From contig OZ024741.1 of NCBI GenBank assembly GCA_964016885.1, positions 347,510,001 through 347,574,000 of the forward strand: 64,000 nt of DNA, in the 5' to 3' direction. The notes beneath the pieces are model-generated. The model did not search any database. It saw only the letters and a list, made by a program, of their open reading frames with translations, and had not been told where the DNA came from. Below, piece after piece: positions 12,968 through 25,875 of the stretch. This DNA is from Eledone cirrhosa. Taxonomy: Eukaryota. Numbering within the stretch: position 1 is the first letter of the stretch; every line of letters begins with the position of its first letter. The translations under genes were made by a program, and so were the position numbers.

Positions 12968-15336
12968 TTAGAGGTTTATTTCCTAATACCACTTCATTTT
13001 AAGTTCCTATATGCTTTGTATAAAATAACCCATCATTTCTTTTATTAATGTATTTCCATCCAGCATATCAGGTACTCATAAGTATTACACACTCTCCTTG
13101 GTACCTTATAGTATAAATTTACTCCAGTCTCTCAGGTTCACAGAAATGCGTACTATTAACGTTGTTTTCTTTCGAGTCTTGTCATACTGATATGCCTTTT
13201 AACCACAGCTATTCACATTTAATTTCGAGGCGGTTTGATTTATTTATCAGAGATTAGTCCGTAATTACTATTAGATCATACATCAAACTCGATGCTGCTT
13301 CGTTGACTTAGACGAAAATGTCGAACTAGCATATACAGTATTCAATATATCTTGCAATTTTCTTTCAAGAGAGTTGGGTGTAATGCTACAGAGTATTATA
13401 TTCTAATTCAAACAGGTCAAAGAAACAATCATATAACTGTGTCTGTATATGTTAGGTTGATTAATAAGATATATGCGTGATTTATATGTCGATGGAGATA
13501 CGGGTCAATATACCGTGCGGATTGTAAGAGAAAGTGATGGATATTTTGTTTCAGATGAAGGAGTAATTCATGAAATATGGAGAGAAAAATACTGGCAGTG
13601 AGATATTCCTATCATGAATATTTCATATGGTATATTTCGGCATTTGAAATATTTTTGGTTCTCCTCACTGTTTTATAAATAATTAGCACTATTCAGATAA
13701 CACTTGGGTGTTTGAAAGTCATACATAATTTAAGATAGAGAGGCAATCATGTACATGTGTCTGTTAAAAACTCTGTAAAGATTACAAGGTAGAATTACTG
13801 AATCAAAATATGAATATTTGTTTATCATTTTACATCGTTGTCTTTTGTCTCTTCAGGAACAACGTTCACCTAGAAATCCCATCATCAGTCATTATGTGTT
13901 AAATGGATATGAATGTAGTGGCAGCAAGATAAATCTCAATGAAACACGGCCCAGAATTGAAATAGATCTTGAATATAACAAAATATATCTGCAATCTGAG
14001 ATAGCGATAATACACAAATGATAAAGTTGCCAAATATCTTTTACTGAGAAAATTAATTTTTATCCTATTACTATTTCACACATTAGAATTGTGTGCACAT
14101 ATTCTCTTTGATGATCCTTGTCAACTCTGAATTATATTAGTGATGGCATGCATGGTATTTGTTTCAATAAAACGGATCCGGAATACATTTTATATTAAAA
14201 TGTGCTTTTTTAATTTCGCAACTAATGTTAAGGTGTTTGAAATAAAGGAAGATATGATTGTATCAGTTACTTGGGGATGAATTAAAACGTTCAAAGAAGT
14301 AGAGTAAAGAATGGAAGGAATAAGAATGAAAACAAAATGGTCTGTAGGGGCGTTAAAGGAAATGTAAACCACACAAGCTAATTAAATATACACATATATA
14401 CACATACACAAACACACACATACATGCATATATAGTTAAATACCGCAACATATATAGGAAAAGGTGTATATATTAGTTACTGTCATGTTGTAAAAGATAC
14501 AACCCATTCCTTTTTAAGTACATATGTATATATGAACACCGAGAAAGTATCTTTGATCCGGAATACGAGAAGAGATATTCCATTCTATACTTGCATATAT
14601 ACATAAATATATGATACGTTTGATGAATAATCAGATGCAATGCATAAATATATTTTTAGTTCAACATATTATTACGGAAAATATATAATGTTAACAGCGC
14701 AAAGTAAACCTCGAATTACGAAACACGTAGTTTCAATTATTTGCAAATATTTAAATTTGATACCATGACATGTTAAATTTGAAATATCAATTGACGTCAA
14801 TATTCGAAGATTATGTCGTGATACAAATTATTAAATACTAATATTTTAATACTTACGTACATTCCTATATTCTGAATAGATGTATATAAGAAATGTATAA
14901 TAAATAATAAATACGACGAATCATAACCTGATATATTTCCTGAAAATTATTCCTGGCACGAATATCAAACTGAAACAACTCATACACTATATGATAGCAA
15001 TTATTTTAAAAATTAGTGTTTAGACTGGGTTTAATAATTATTTACCTAATAATTTTAACAATAATCTACATAAAATTCTATTATATCTAATTGTGTTTTT
15101 GTTGTTGTTTTTTTCTCTTGTCTAAAATAGTGTAGGAGTAATGAGACAACGAAAAAAATGTGCAAAATAAAAATTGTGGAAATGTGAACTAAATAGAAAT
15201 CTGGCGAAAGAAGCCATGAGTATTACGTGAGTTTCAAAGCTAAACTAAAATTTATAGCAATTGCTCAATATCTTTTAAACTCACTCAGATTTAAATTAAG
15301 TACTATATGGATCATTAGTAACTATTTTATTAAACA

Positions 15337-16283
15337 CTACCAGTAAAGCCCGGCGTTGCTCGGGGTCGCTCAGTAGCTGTGTTAAAGTTACAATGTTAAG
15401 TTTCTTTCTTGGCTTAAAAACTGTAGTGTCTACTGTGCAGACTTGCATGTGGTGTTTTTGATTAATATTCCCTCAACCAACAATATGCCTTATGAAGTTA
15501 AGAAAACATAACGATAACCCGAATGTTATAACAAAAGAGGATGCTGGGGATAGAAACTGCACTGGTTATTTATTAACAAAGATCGAAAATGTAAACACTG
15601 CAACGCAGAGAAAAACATTAGCGTAACCAAATTATCAGTTATGTCTGTCTGCACGCCTATATCACCTCTCTGCACGACTGTCTGTCTGCACGCCTATATC
15701 ACCTCTCTGCACGACTGTCTGTCTGCACGCCTATATCACCTCTCTGCACGACTGTCTGTCTGCACGCCTATATCACCTCTCTGCACGACTGTCTGTCTGC
15801 ACGACTGTCTGTCTGCACGCCTAACGACGAAATATTTGCTTGTTTTACGTAGTCTTTAAATAGACTTGTTTTCAAGTAAAAATATTGTTTTAAAATGCTT
15901 TTAAATGGAAATGAAGCAAAACGGAAGCTTAGTGTTCGAACTGATGAATTTTGCAGGTCAATATTTTGCTGGCTCGACAACTGTTCGTGTATTGTGTTAA
16001 TGTCATTTTAAACGCTGAGAAAGCCAGCGTAATTTTTTACGTAAGACGCTCAATGTAAACAGAACAAAGGGAAATGACTGATAACTTACGCTCAAAAATC
16101 GATACATTATATTCGATTACGTCACATAGGATGGGTCAATTTGAAATATTTTTTTCCGATGTCTTCGCTAGGGCTCAATGTACAAGTATAGCAATTTCGG
16201 TGCAATTCCGTGAGAGATTCTAAGAGGAGATGTGTGCCAAAAATCGATAGACAGACAGACAACCACAGTTTTATATATATAGA
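15337..16283 (-). mobile_element. Non-autonomous Helitron, copy 1
   Basis: Minus strand starts A|TCTATATATATAAAA and ends with hairpin CCCGAGCAACGCCGGG then GTAG|T (CTAG in copy 2); near-identical to 59467-60281. Confidence 0.82.
15642..15822. repeat. 37-bp minisatellite inside Helitron copy 1 (4 full units plus partials)
   Basis: Unit tgtctgtctgcacgcctatatcacctctctgcacgac. Confidence 0.9.
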
Positions 16284-16515
16284 TTATGGTACGTAACTTA
16301 TACATACATTCATCCATACATATGTATATGATGAGAGCCCCTCGTTATCGACCATGCGATAAGTTGCAGTGGGTTATATATTACCAGTAGCACTCAAGAG
16401 TGACCTGACATAACATATATATATATATATACATACGTACGTACAGATTGGCTTCCCCCTCGTTATCAAGTATGGCCATTTCACCTTATACCATTATTAA
16501 TAATAATTAATATCT

Positions 16516-16790
16516 ATTGTGCAATGCCTGAGCGTGAAGATATTTTTTAAAGTGAGGAAAGACTGTGCACTGAGTCAATCCCCCTCTCTGAGCGACAGTA
16601 GCTATAACCCGAAAGGAAGAAAAGATCATCATCGGTAACTACTGAGCCGCAGGTTTTATATCAGAGTTATCCCAGTTTCCTGAGTTGCCTTCTCCTAGAA
16701 GAATGCCCTAACATATGCCAGGGCTCCTTCACTCCCAGTGGCTTAACCGCATGACCGGGTGTCCAGCCCGACTATTTCTATGTCCCCGAG
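16516..16790 (-). mobile_element. Dispersed repeat resembling an RTE-type 5' UTR module
   Basis: Inverted homolog of 45499-45760; contains ctaggagaaggcaactc...taaaacctgcggc, recalled as an RTE 5'-UTR-like motif. Confidence 0.55.
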
Positions 16791-16951
16791 CATATACATA
16801 CACATGCACACAAGTATATACACATATACACACACACAACACACAAAGAATGGTGTATTTTAAATTCTTCTCTTTTAATGACCTTATGAGCTGTGATAAA
16901 GACGTGGATGATTTCCTCTTTGATATACTCATTGAATTATGTTTAACTATT

Positions 16952-16997
<46 letters not shown>

Positions 16998-17151
16998 TGT
17001 TATACTTTGGGAGTGTCATGTTGCCAATAGGAAACACACGCACCAGCTGCTTTCACTTCAATTTATTATATATTTATAAATTTACAAATTTATAAATCTA
17101 TAAATTTCTGGTTGGTTGGTTGGTTCCACAGCCAGATAGTTGTTTATATAT

Positions 17152-17196
17152 AGTCATAGTTATTTCGTCACACACTCTGTGACCTCTTCAGTGACT
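17152..17196 (-). ncRNA. Minimal type I hammerhead ribozyme (family A; stem III mutated)
   Basis: AGUCA-CUGAAGAG-GUCAC(agagugu)GUGAC-GAAA-uaac-UA-UGACU. Confidence 0.7.
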
Positions 17197-17317
17197 GGGG
17201 ATTCATTTCTTTGTTTCTGGTGATTCCTTTCTTTGTTTCTGTGCCTCTCCTTTGCTCTGTCCTACGCCATTTGGCGTAGGACAAAGGAGAGGCACAGAAA
17301 CAAAGAAAGGAATCCCC

Positions 17318-17362
17318 AGTCACTGAAGAGGTCACAGAGTGTGTGACGAAAGAACTATGACT
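17318..17362 (+). ncRNA. Minimal type I hammerhead ribozyme (family A)
   Basis: AGUCA-CUGAAGAG-GUCAC(agagugu)GUGAC-GAAA-gaac-UA-UGACU; stems I and II pair perfectly. Confidence 0.82.
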
Positions 17363-17644
17363 ATATATAAACAACTATCTGGTTGTGGAACCAACCAACC
17401 AACCAGAAATTTATAGATTTATAAATTTGTTAATTTATAAATATATAATAAATTGAAGTGAAAGCAACTGGTGCGTGTGTTTCCTATTGGCAACATGACC
17501 CTCCCAAAATATAACAATATCGGTTTCAACACACAATTTCAGATAAAGAATCTTGCTAAACAAATTCAAAAACGAAATATATATATACAGATATAGTAAT
17601 GTTAATTATTGTGAAGACTAAAATCCGAAGAGGGTTGGATAAGG

Positions 17645-18529
<885 letters not shown>

Positions 18530-20046
18530 GAACATGTAAATAAACGAATGTACGTACGGCCGAACATTAATTATTGTGCGTAAGAAAAAATGTTTTCAAA
18601 TTATTTTGATTAGATAAACATATCACACATTTTTATATAACTATTACCAAACGTTTCCATTTAGAATTGTGTTTTGTTCCTTTATTTATGATTTGCTGTT
18701 ATTGAAAATTGTCAAAATCACACACATCTGCAGCGAAAGTAATCAATACAAACAGTATCTTTATTTGTATCAGTATCTTTATTTGTATACTTTATTTGTG
18801 ATAATTATTATGATCGAGAAATGTCGTATAAAACAATATATACGTATATTTTATATAGATTCATGAGGATATAATGAATTAATTTATTTGTGGCATATAT
18901 TAACTGTACTGTTTGAACAGAATGCTTACGCACACAATAGATTGTATGTATATATATATATATATATAGATATATATATATACTCAGGTTAATAGGAGTT
19001 AGGTATTGTATACCAGTGTCCCATTAAAGTATTGGCAGTATAATAATTAGCTCAATGCTTTGGAGCAGAGCCGTATATATTTAAATATATATGCTATTGG
19101 TATTGGAGGAGTTGAGGACTACTTCATTTGGTTGTATTGATTCTCATGAAAATTATTTACCTGAATAGCATCGAACTTTACAAATATTTTAATATTTTTC
19201 CGCTGACCATTTCTTTATGTAGGAACTGAACTCAAAGGTAAATAATCGGGTAATTTGTATTCTATGATACAACTATCATTAGACACTTACAATCAATTAT
19301 CAGTAATGCCAATCCTTTCGCAACACAATTTGCTGTCAAATTAAATGTGACGCGTGGGGATTCTAACATCTGTTGTCAACTAAGTTCTCACCCATTTTCT
19401 AACCCTATTGTATCCTTATATAAAACAGGTTCTCTATGATAACTTAGAGATTTAGTCCATGACGAATTCAAATCCTATGATTTGCCAATGTCAGAATGTA
19501 TTCCTGAAATTGATGAATATGTTCCCATTCGGTTGCACATTGGACATATTTATTCCTCACACCATTCATAGCTGATCATTGCTATTCATCGAACAGCACG
19601 GATATTTTATCCAGAGCATCCCATAATGATCCAATTTTCCCTAAAAATTGTATCTGTTATTTGGTGTGATATTTGTAATTCCTCATAGAAAATGAGTTTA
19701 GCTGTCACATCATCATTGGATGAACGAGATGAGATATACAAGATATCCCTTCAAGCATTTCCCTTTTTCATTAACGGGGGAAATAAAATGAATTTGTTTC
19801 AGCTGACATTCATTATTATTTCTATCATAGGTAAATTAATCGGCAATATAATAATATGTGAATGAGAATGTGTTCCGATGCTATTCAGAAGAAACAGCCT
19901 CAGCACTCTATTTGAGATTAATTACTATTTACCTTGAGCTGAAATCAATTTGCTGGCAACATTTATCGAAACGTTATGTTGTCTTAAATCACTGGATCCT
20001 GCAATAAATATGAAACATGAATAACTCGTTGCAAAGCTTAACGCCT

Positions 20047-20069
20047 CCTCTCTCTGTCTCTCCCTCCCT

Positions 20070-20143
<74 letters not shown>

Positions 20144-20166
20144 CTCTCTCTCTCTCTCTCTATCTT

Positions 20167-20212
<46 letters not shown>

Positions 20213-20246
20213 CCTCTCTCTCTCTGTATATATATATATATATATC
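20047..20246. repeat. (CT)n followed by (TA)n microsatellite
   Basis: Direct inspection. Confidence 0.95.
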
Positions 20247-21179
20247 ACGATAGATTAACGGAGCCATAGACTCTCGTTATTCCCTGTTAATAATGTGCTG
20301 AAAGGAGAAGTAATCTTGAGCTCTTTAAAATACAATATGTTGAAAAGGTAACACACTAGAGAGAGATAGAGCACCATCAATAAAACAGGGAAAAAGCACC
20401 AGTGTATGGAATCTATAATCTATGAAAAGCAGGGTAGACACACGGTAATTAAACATATAAATTAAAGTGTATATACGAACCTCTATAAATATATAACACA
20501 CACGTACAAATCCATCCAAAGAGATCTATTTCGCCAATAATTTGTTGACAGAAATAAATAGCCCATGGTTCATCAGCGTGTGTAATGCCATACATTTCAG
20601 ACAACTCTAAGAGAATTTAAAGCAACTGTCCAGCTACACGTGTCAGAGAGAAGTCACAACGTGTTTATATATATATATATATATATATGCCTTTGTGAGT
20701 GTAGTTGCCATCACATCAGGACATTGCTTTTTGTATTTCGAAGATTTCGCTTACGGAGTAGGTTTTATCTTTAATTCAAGTTACGCTATTTTAGCTACTA
20801 CGGCGAGTCAACTATGAAATTTCCAACTAGTAAAATATACCGATTTTCTTTTATTGACGCAATTATCCAAACATCAGATGAATACATTGTTCATTAGTTA
20901 CTCTGTGTCCCAAAGTTCTGATATAATGTGCAAAGCTTGAATCTGTGAAGAAATTAAAACGTCAATGGATGCACAAGAGGGAAATATAGAAATATGTATA
21001 TATTAGTGATGGCTCATGAATAAAGGAATAGTTGTAAATTTATTGTAATTGGATAGCAGAAAAATATAAGACAACAGCTATAATCATACGGTTGTAAACT
21101 GAACGTAATCTAAATAAAGTATTATTAGATACACTGTCAGCTGAGAAAGGAGTTATCTCGTGAAAACAGAAGCACATTA

Positions 21180-21870
21180 ATGGCTCTGCCAGTGTTTACC
21201 ACGTTGAATGACGCTGTGTCCACCACAACAACACTAGGTGCGGCGAACACCACTGGCAACATACCCAACAGCACCACCACTAAAACAACGTAAGCGAAAA
21301 ACAAATTTAATACTAATATACAACAAAAACAAGGCCAGCATCAACACGACATCAACAACAAGAAATGCCTACAAAATGATAACAAGGACAGAAAAAAACA
21401 CAAGCGACCACAACGACATCACCACCAACAACAGCAACACGATCAATGACAAAAATTATGCAGCAGCAAAAAAAAAGAAAGAAAATAAGAACATGCTTTA
21501 GCATTGAGTCAAAGAAAAGGATTCCAATTTGGCCGAGGAATGGAAGCTAAGTAAACGTAAGACACCTGGCCAACTTATCCGCTCTGACACAGACGATAGA
21601 AGCGGTGGAAACGAGGACTATTTCAGATGCATTTCGGCAGGTGGTTCGGAGACATTGGCGGACTTCAGTACCTACCTGGAAGGCCTCCTGCGACTCCCCC
21701 CACTTGATCCTAAGTGCTGCGAAAGTCTGAGAACAGCAGACGAGATTTGGGATGCCCTAATCAGCTGGACGAGAAGCATGACGTCCGGTTTTGCTTGGTC
21801 TGCCCTACGAGATATACGCAGGAATGCCAGACTCGTTCACGGATCTCATATAAGCCACCTTCTTTTGTCT
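21180..21870 (+). mobile_element. Old, internally deleted Tx1-like remnant (ORF1 5' part fused to mid-ORF2)
   Basis: AEEWKL..acctggccaactta..YFRCISA match copy 2 ORF1 (AQAWKL..WANL..HYRCISA); the following GGSETLADFSTYLEGLLRL matches ORF2 GGSEMVADFSSYFDG / DGLPRL. Confidence 0.65.
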
Positions 21871-21935
21871 GGAACGTGCAGGTACTTTTCCTCTTCTGCC
21901 TAGTGGGCATAACGGAAGAGGTTATGTGTGGAGCA

Positions 21936-22098
21936 GGCCAGCAATTACTCCAGTGCATTACAGGTGCTTTATTGTATCGCCCTCGTAAGGATGAAAAGCA
22001 GTTAGCCTCGGTGCGATTTGAACTCAACACATAAAGGGCCATAACTCTATGATACAAAGCGTGTCGTGTGACACTCTACCGATACTGACAATCCACCA
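21936..22098 (-). mobile_element. tRNA-SINE family 1, diverged copy
   Basis: gatttgaactc B box (rc), gatgaaaagc body, ctctaccgatactgacaatccacc head (rc). Confidence 0.75.
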
Positions 22099-22693
22099 TA
22101 ACAATAATAATTATTATTAAAAATATTATTATTTTTATTATTTTCTTTAAAGCTATTACTATTATCAATGCTAGTAATACAAAACGTGTTTGAACATTAT
22201 TATCTCTATTAATATGTATATGAATTTAGTGCACACACATACACGCACAACAACACCCATATGTACACACCTATTTCTTATATATGCGTATGTAGAAGGT
22301 GAACAGAAACACACTTACGTCCATTGCTTCAATCATTAAATCGATTAACTGAAATTAATATAATCATACTTCAAAACGACTTGGAAGAAATTCGGAAGAA
22401 ACCGTTGACATAGTACATCATACTGTTAGGAAAAAACGTTATTAGATTGAAAATATATTATCGGTTTTATGAAACGAATATTGCTGAAATATTGAAATAT
22501 CTTTACATACTCTTTTGTAAAAGATTTCTGAATCTTTTCGTCTCCTTATCTATTATTTCGATTTTCGTCTTGCAAGGTATAATATAAGCTTTAAAACATT
22601 AAATAACCAGATTCATACAAACGAATATGCATACATATGTTGATAAAAACACACACATACAGACACATGTATACACGCACATACACACACATA

Positions 22694-22759
<66 letters not shown>

Positions 22760-22760
<1 letters not shown>

Positions 22761-23673
22761 ATAAACATGTCTATAGAATCACCAGATAAAATATATACAA
22801 TTTCCTATCCCAATTAGCATAATTAACCATATAAAAATCGATTAGACCAAGCTATAAGAATAAAGGCTTCTATGAAGAAATCTCCGAAAAATAACCGAAA
22901 GCAGCCCTTCGCGTCGGTTGCGATGGAGTATTTACCGAGTATTTCGACAGCGTGTATAAATCGCTCAGATATACAGTCAACTAAACAGAATTAGGTGTAA
23001 AATAAACAAGGAGAAAAGTGAACATATTTAGTTTCCTCTACCATGGTTTCGTCTGCATTTTAAGATATCCGATAACATTGGACATCTAGAGCACCGGACT
23101 CTTCAGGAAGTTAGCTCAAATTTAGACAATAAATTTTTCAAAGTGATTGCGCCAAGAATACATTAAAAAATGGCTAAGAATCGTGACGTAGCAGCGGTCA
23201 GGTTAGAAATAATGTGATTAGTTGCTTACGGCTGGTGGCCTTTTGCTAGAAAGCGCATCACAATACAGCCAAAATTGTATCTCAACCTAAGGGAGATTAT
23301 TACATATAAAGGTTTACATATATATATATGTGTGTGTGTGTTTTGCAACGGGTCACTTTGTGGCTCAATGAAGAGTTAATAAATTAAATAATCAGAGCTA
23401 TATACCATAAAACATGTCTATAGAATCACCAGATAAAATATATACCATTTCCTCTCCCAATTAGCATAATTAACCATATAGAAGCCTTTATTCATAGAAG
23501 CCTTTATTCTTATAGCTTGGTCTAATTGATTTTTTATATGGTTAATTATGCTAATTGGGAGAGGAAATGGTATATATTTTATCTGGTGATTCTATAGACA
23601 TGTTTTATGATATATAGCTCTGATTATTTAATTTATTTACTCTTCATTTAGCCACAAAGTGACCCGTTGCAAA

Positions 23674-23709
<36 letters not shown>

Positions 23710-23718
23710 GTAAACCTT

Positions 23719-23724
<6 letters not shown>
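22760..23724. mobile_element. Non-coding hammerhead-bearing element (family B): ~647-nt monomer on minus strand joined head-to-head to an inverted partial copy, between (TA)n tracts
   Basis: Direct repeat 22763-22832 / 23410-23480; inverted repeat ~23304-23481 / ~23536-23724; hammerhead at 23035-23110. Confidence 0.75.
23035..23110 (-). ncRNA. Type I hammerhead ribozyme (family B) with long stem II and palindromic stem III
   Basis: cuuc-CUGAAGA-GUC...agaugucc/ggauaucu...GAC-GAAA-CCAUGG-UA-gagg. Confidence 0.75.
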
Positions 23725-23753
<29 letters not shown>

Positions 23754-23774
23754 ATGTATGTATATATATACATA

Positions 23775-23868
<94 letters not shown>

Positions 23869-23949
23869 CATATATACATAGGTAAACATACACACCACCG
23901 CACACAAGCGTATATACTCACACACACACATATATATATAATATAATAT

Positions 23950-24031
<82 letters not shown>

Positions 24032-25733
24032 CAGAGACACGCGCTTACATATAAACGCATATATACATATGTTTATCTATGTATGAATGTATGTATATGT
24101 GTAAGTATTTGACAGAAAAAACTGAAAGTACTAATGTTTTGTTTATAGAATGATTAATATATTCGATGTTGATAGATTTCCCTATTTATCAACTTCGTGT
24201 TCTTCTCTTCTTATCCTTTGTATTTTTTCCCGTTCGTTGTTGTAATATGTTTTTGAATTTATTTTACATTAAAAAAAATCATGTTTTCAAAAATTATTTT
24301 CAGGCATCTCAAAATAAACTATTTCATAAATTCGACTAATGCCACCGAGAACCACCTCCATCAAATTTTGAGTTCACCAATACTCTATGTTCAAATTCTG
24401 TTGCACTCAAATATGTATTTTTAAAATAGATATTTTTCTGGAAGCATTTTTATACCGTAGATTAAATATGATCATTGATGTAGCAGAACAATAATGTATT
24501 AATGAGAACTCTCTTTAGAGTTATGTATATTCACCACCACCAATTTTCCGAATAAATTTGAAGTCTACAATGCCGAACGTTATCGAATTGTACCATGTCA
24601 TTTCAAATCCTTTAGAAATCCCGTATTGCTTTACCTGAAACGTTTATCTTATTCCCGTAAACATCTAGTTCAACGTTACATCTATTTACATTGCACATAT
24701 TTCATTTCGGCCATTATGTCCTATTTTCTAAATTAAAACGGACGAGATGAATGTGTTCTACAGAAGAAATTTTAACATGACACATACTAGAAACCTTATA
24801 GCAAACAAACCATCTTTCACTCGTTTAAATCTAATTGCTATATAATGCATACTATGAGTAACGTTTGTGAATATTTTAATCAATATTATCTAGTTTTCCT
24901 GTAGAGAATCACATATATGTTAGATAATACACAGTACATAAAGTCTAGCGTATGACTGCACAGGAAGATAACACTGGCGTTTCGAGGGAAAACGGAAATA
25001 ATGTTCTAAATAATAGAATATAATTGAAGCCATGAGTATGTAAGATGATAGAGGGATCGAGGAAGAGGGAGAGGAAAATAAAAAAGCGAATGTTTAACAT
25101 ATGACGGGAATATATACTAGCAAATGCAGATAGGAGTTCCACTAAGGGTTAACACGACATATCGAGTGTATTATTTATACAAACATATGCACATAATCCC
25201 CTGTACATTCGCCGACACACGTGCATACTTGGATACATATATGCATACACATACATAACCATACACACACATATATACATGTGCATGTGATTTTGAGGGG
25301 TCTCCGTGTGTGTATATATATACCATTATGGATGTCTCCTTAAATCTGTATATTTCGATTAGCAACATACACACCTGTATTCTGCTTCGCTCTGCTTAAG
25401 GGCAAATCTATAAGCATAAACCGAGGTACACTGGAGAAAAATCATAGCGCATATGTTTTACACCACATTCTCATTATAAAAAAAGGAAAAGGTTCTGTAG
25501 CAAGTCTTGGTAAAATAGACTCTCACACTATGTAGCCGGTACGAGTGTCAGACAGCATGAGTCGCCACTGAAGTTAAGACAATTGTTAAGACAATTTAAA
25601 ATCTTTTCCACCATCAAATGTTAAAAAACAAGTTAAAATCATTTACTCATCATCTTATTATGATTCTGCCTTTATTTTGTTCGTTTGTAACGTACACTAC
25701 GCTTTAGTTATATACACACATATCTCCAGTGTT

Positions 25734-25875
25734 TGGCGCATGGCTTAGTGGTTAGAGCATTGGGCTTGCAATCGAAAGGTTATGAGTTCAATTCTCGGAC
25801 CGGGTGATGTGTTGTTTCCTTCAGCAAGACACTTTATTTCACGTGGCTCCAGTTTACTCAGCTGTAGAAATGAGA
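25734..25875 (+). mobile_element. tRNA-SINE family 2 copy
   Basis: A box tggcttagtggttagag, B box gagttcaattctc, then cagcaagacactttatt core; homolog at 50993-51190. Confidence 0.75.

Larger units (their letters stand above)
16996..17574. mobile_element. Miniature palindromic Penelope pseudo-LTR insertion (family A) in (TA)n
   Basis: Inverted arms 16996-17269 / 17272-17518 around cctacgcca-tt-tggcgtagg; 54-nt unpaired tail 17521-17574; sequence matches the termini of the 31-39 kb element. Confidence 0.9.

Noticed and set aside
15642-15822. 37-bp repeats as a CRISPR array
   Set aside because: Units are contiguous with no unique spacers, sit inside a Helitron, and the context is eukaryotic with no cas genes.
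19200-19760. Possible ancient minus-strand LINE endonuclease remnant (DDVTAKLIFYEEL)
   Set aside because: Only one short motif-like stretch amid many stops; cannot be supported by eye.
25734-25805. tRNA gene (also SINE heads such as 45974-46060)
   Set aside because: A/B boxes present but no intact cloverleaf; continues into a SINE body with other copies in the window.
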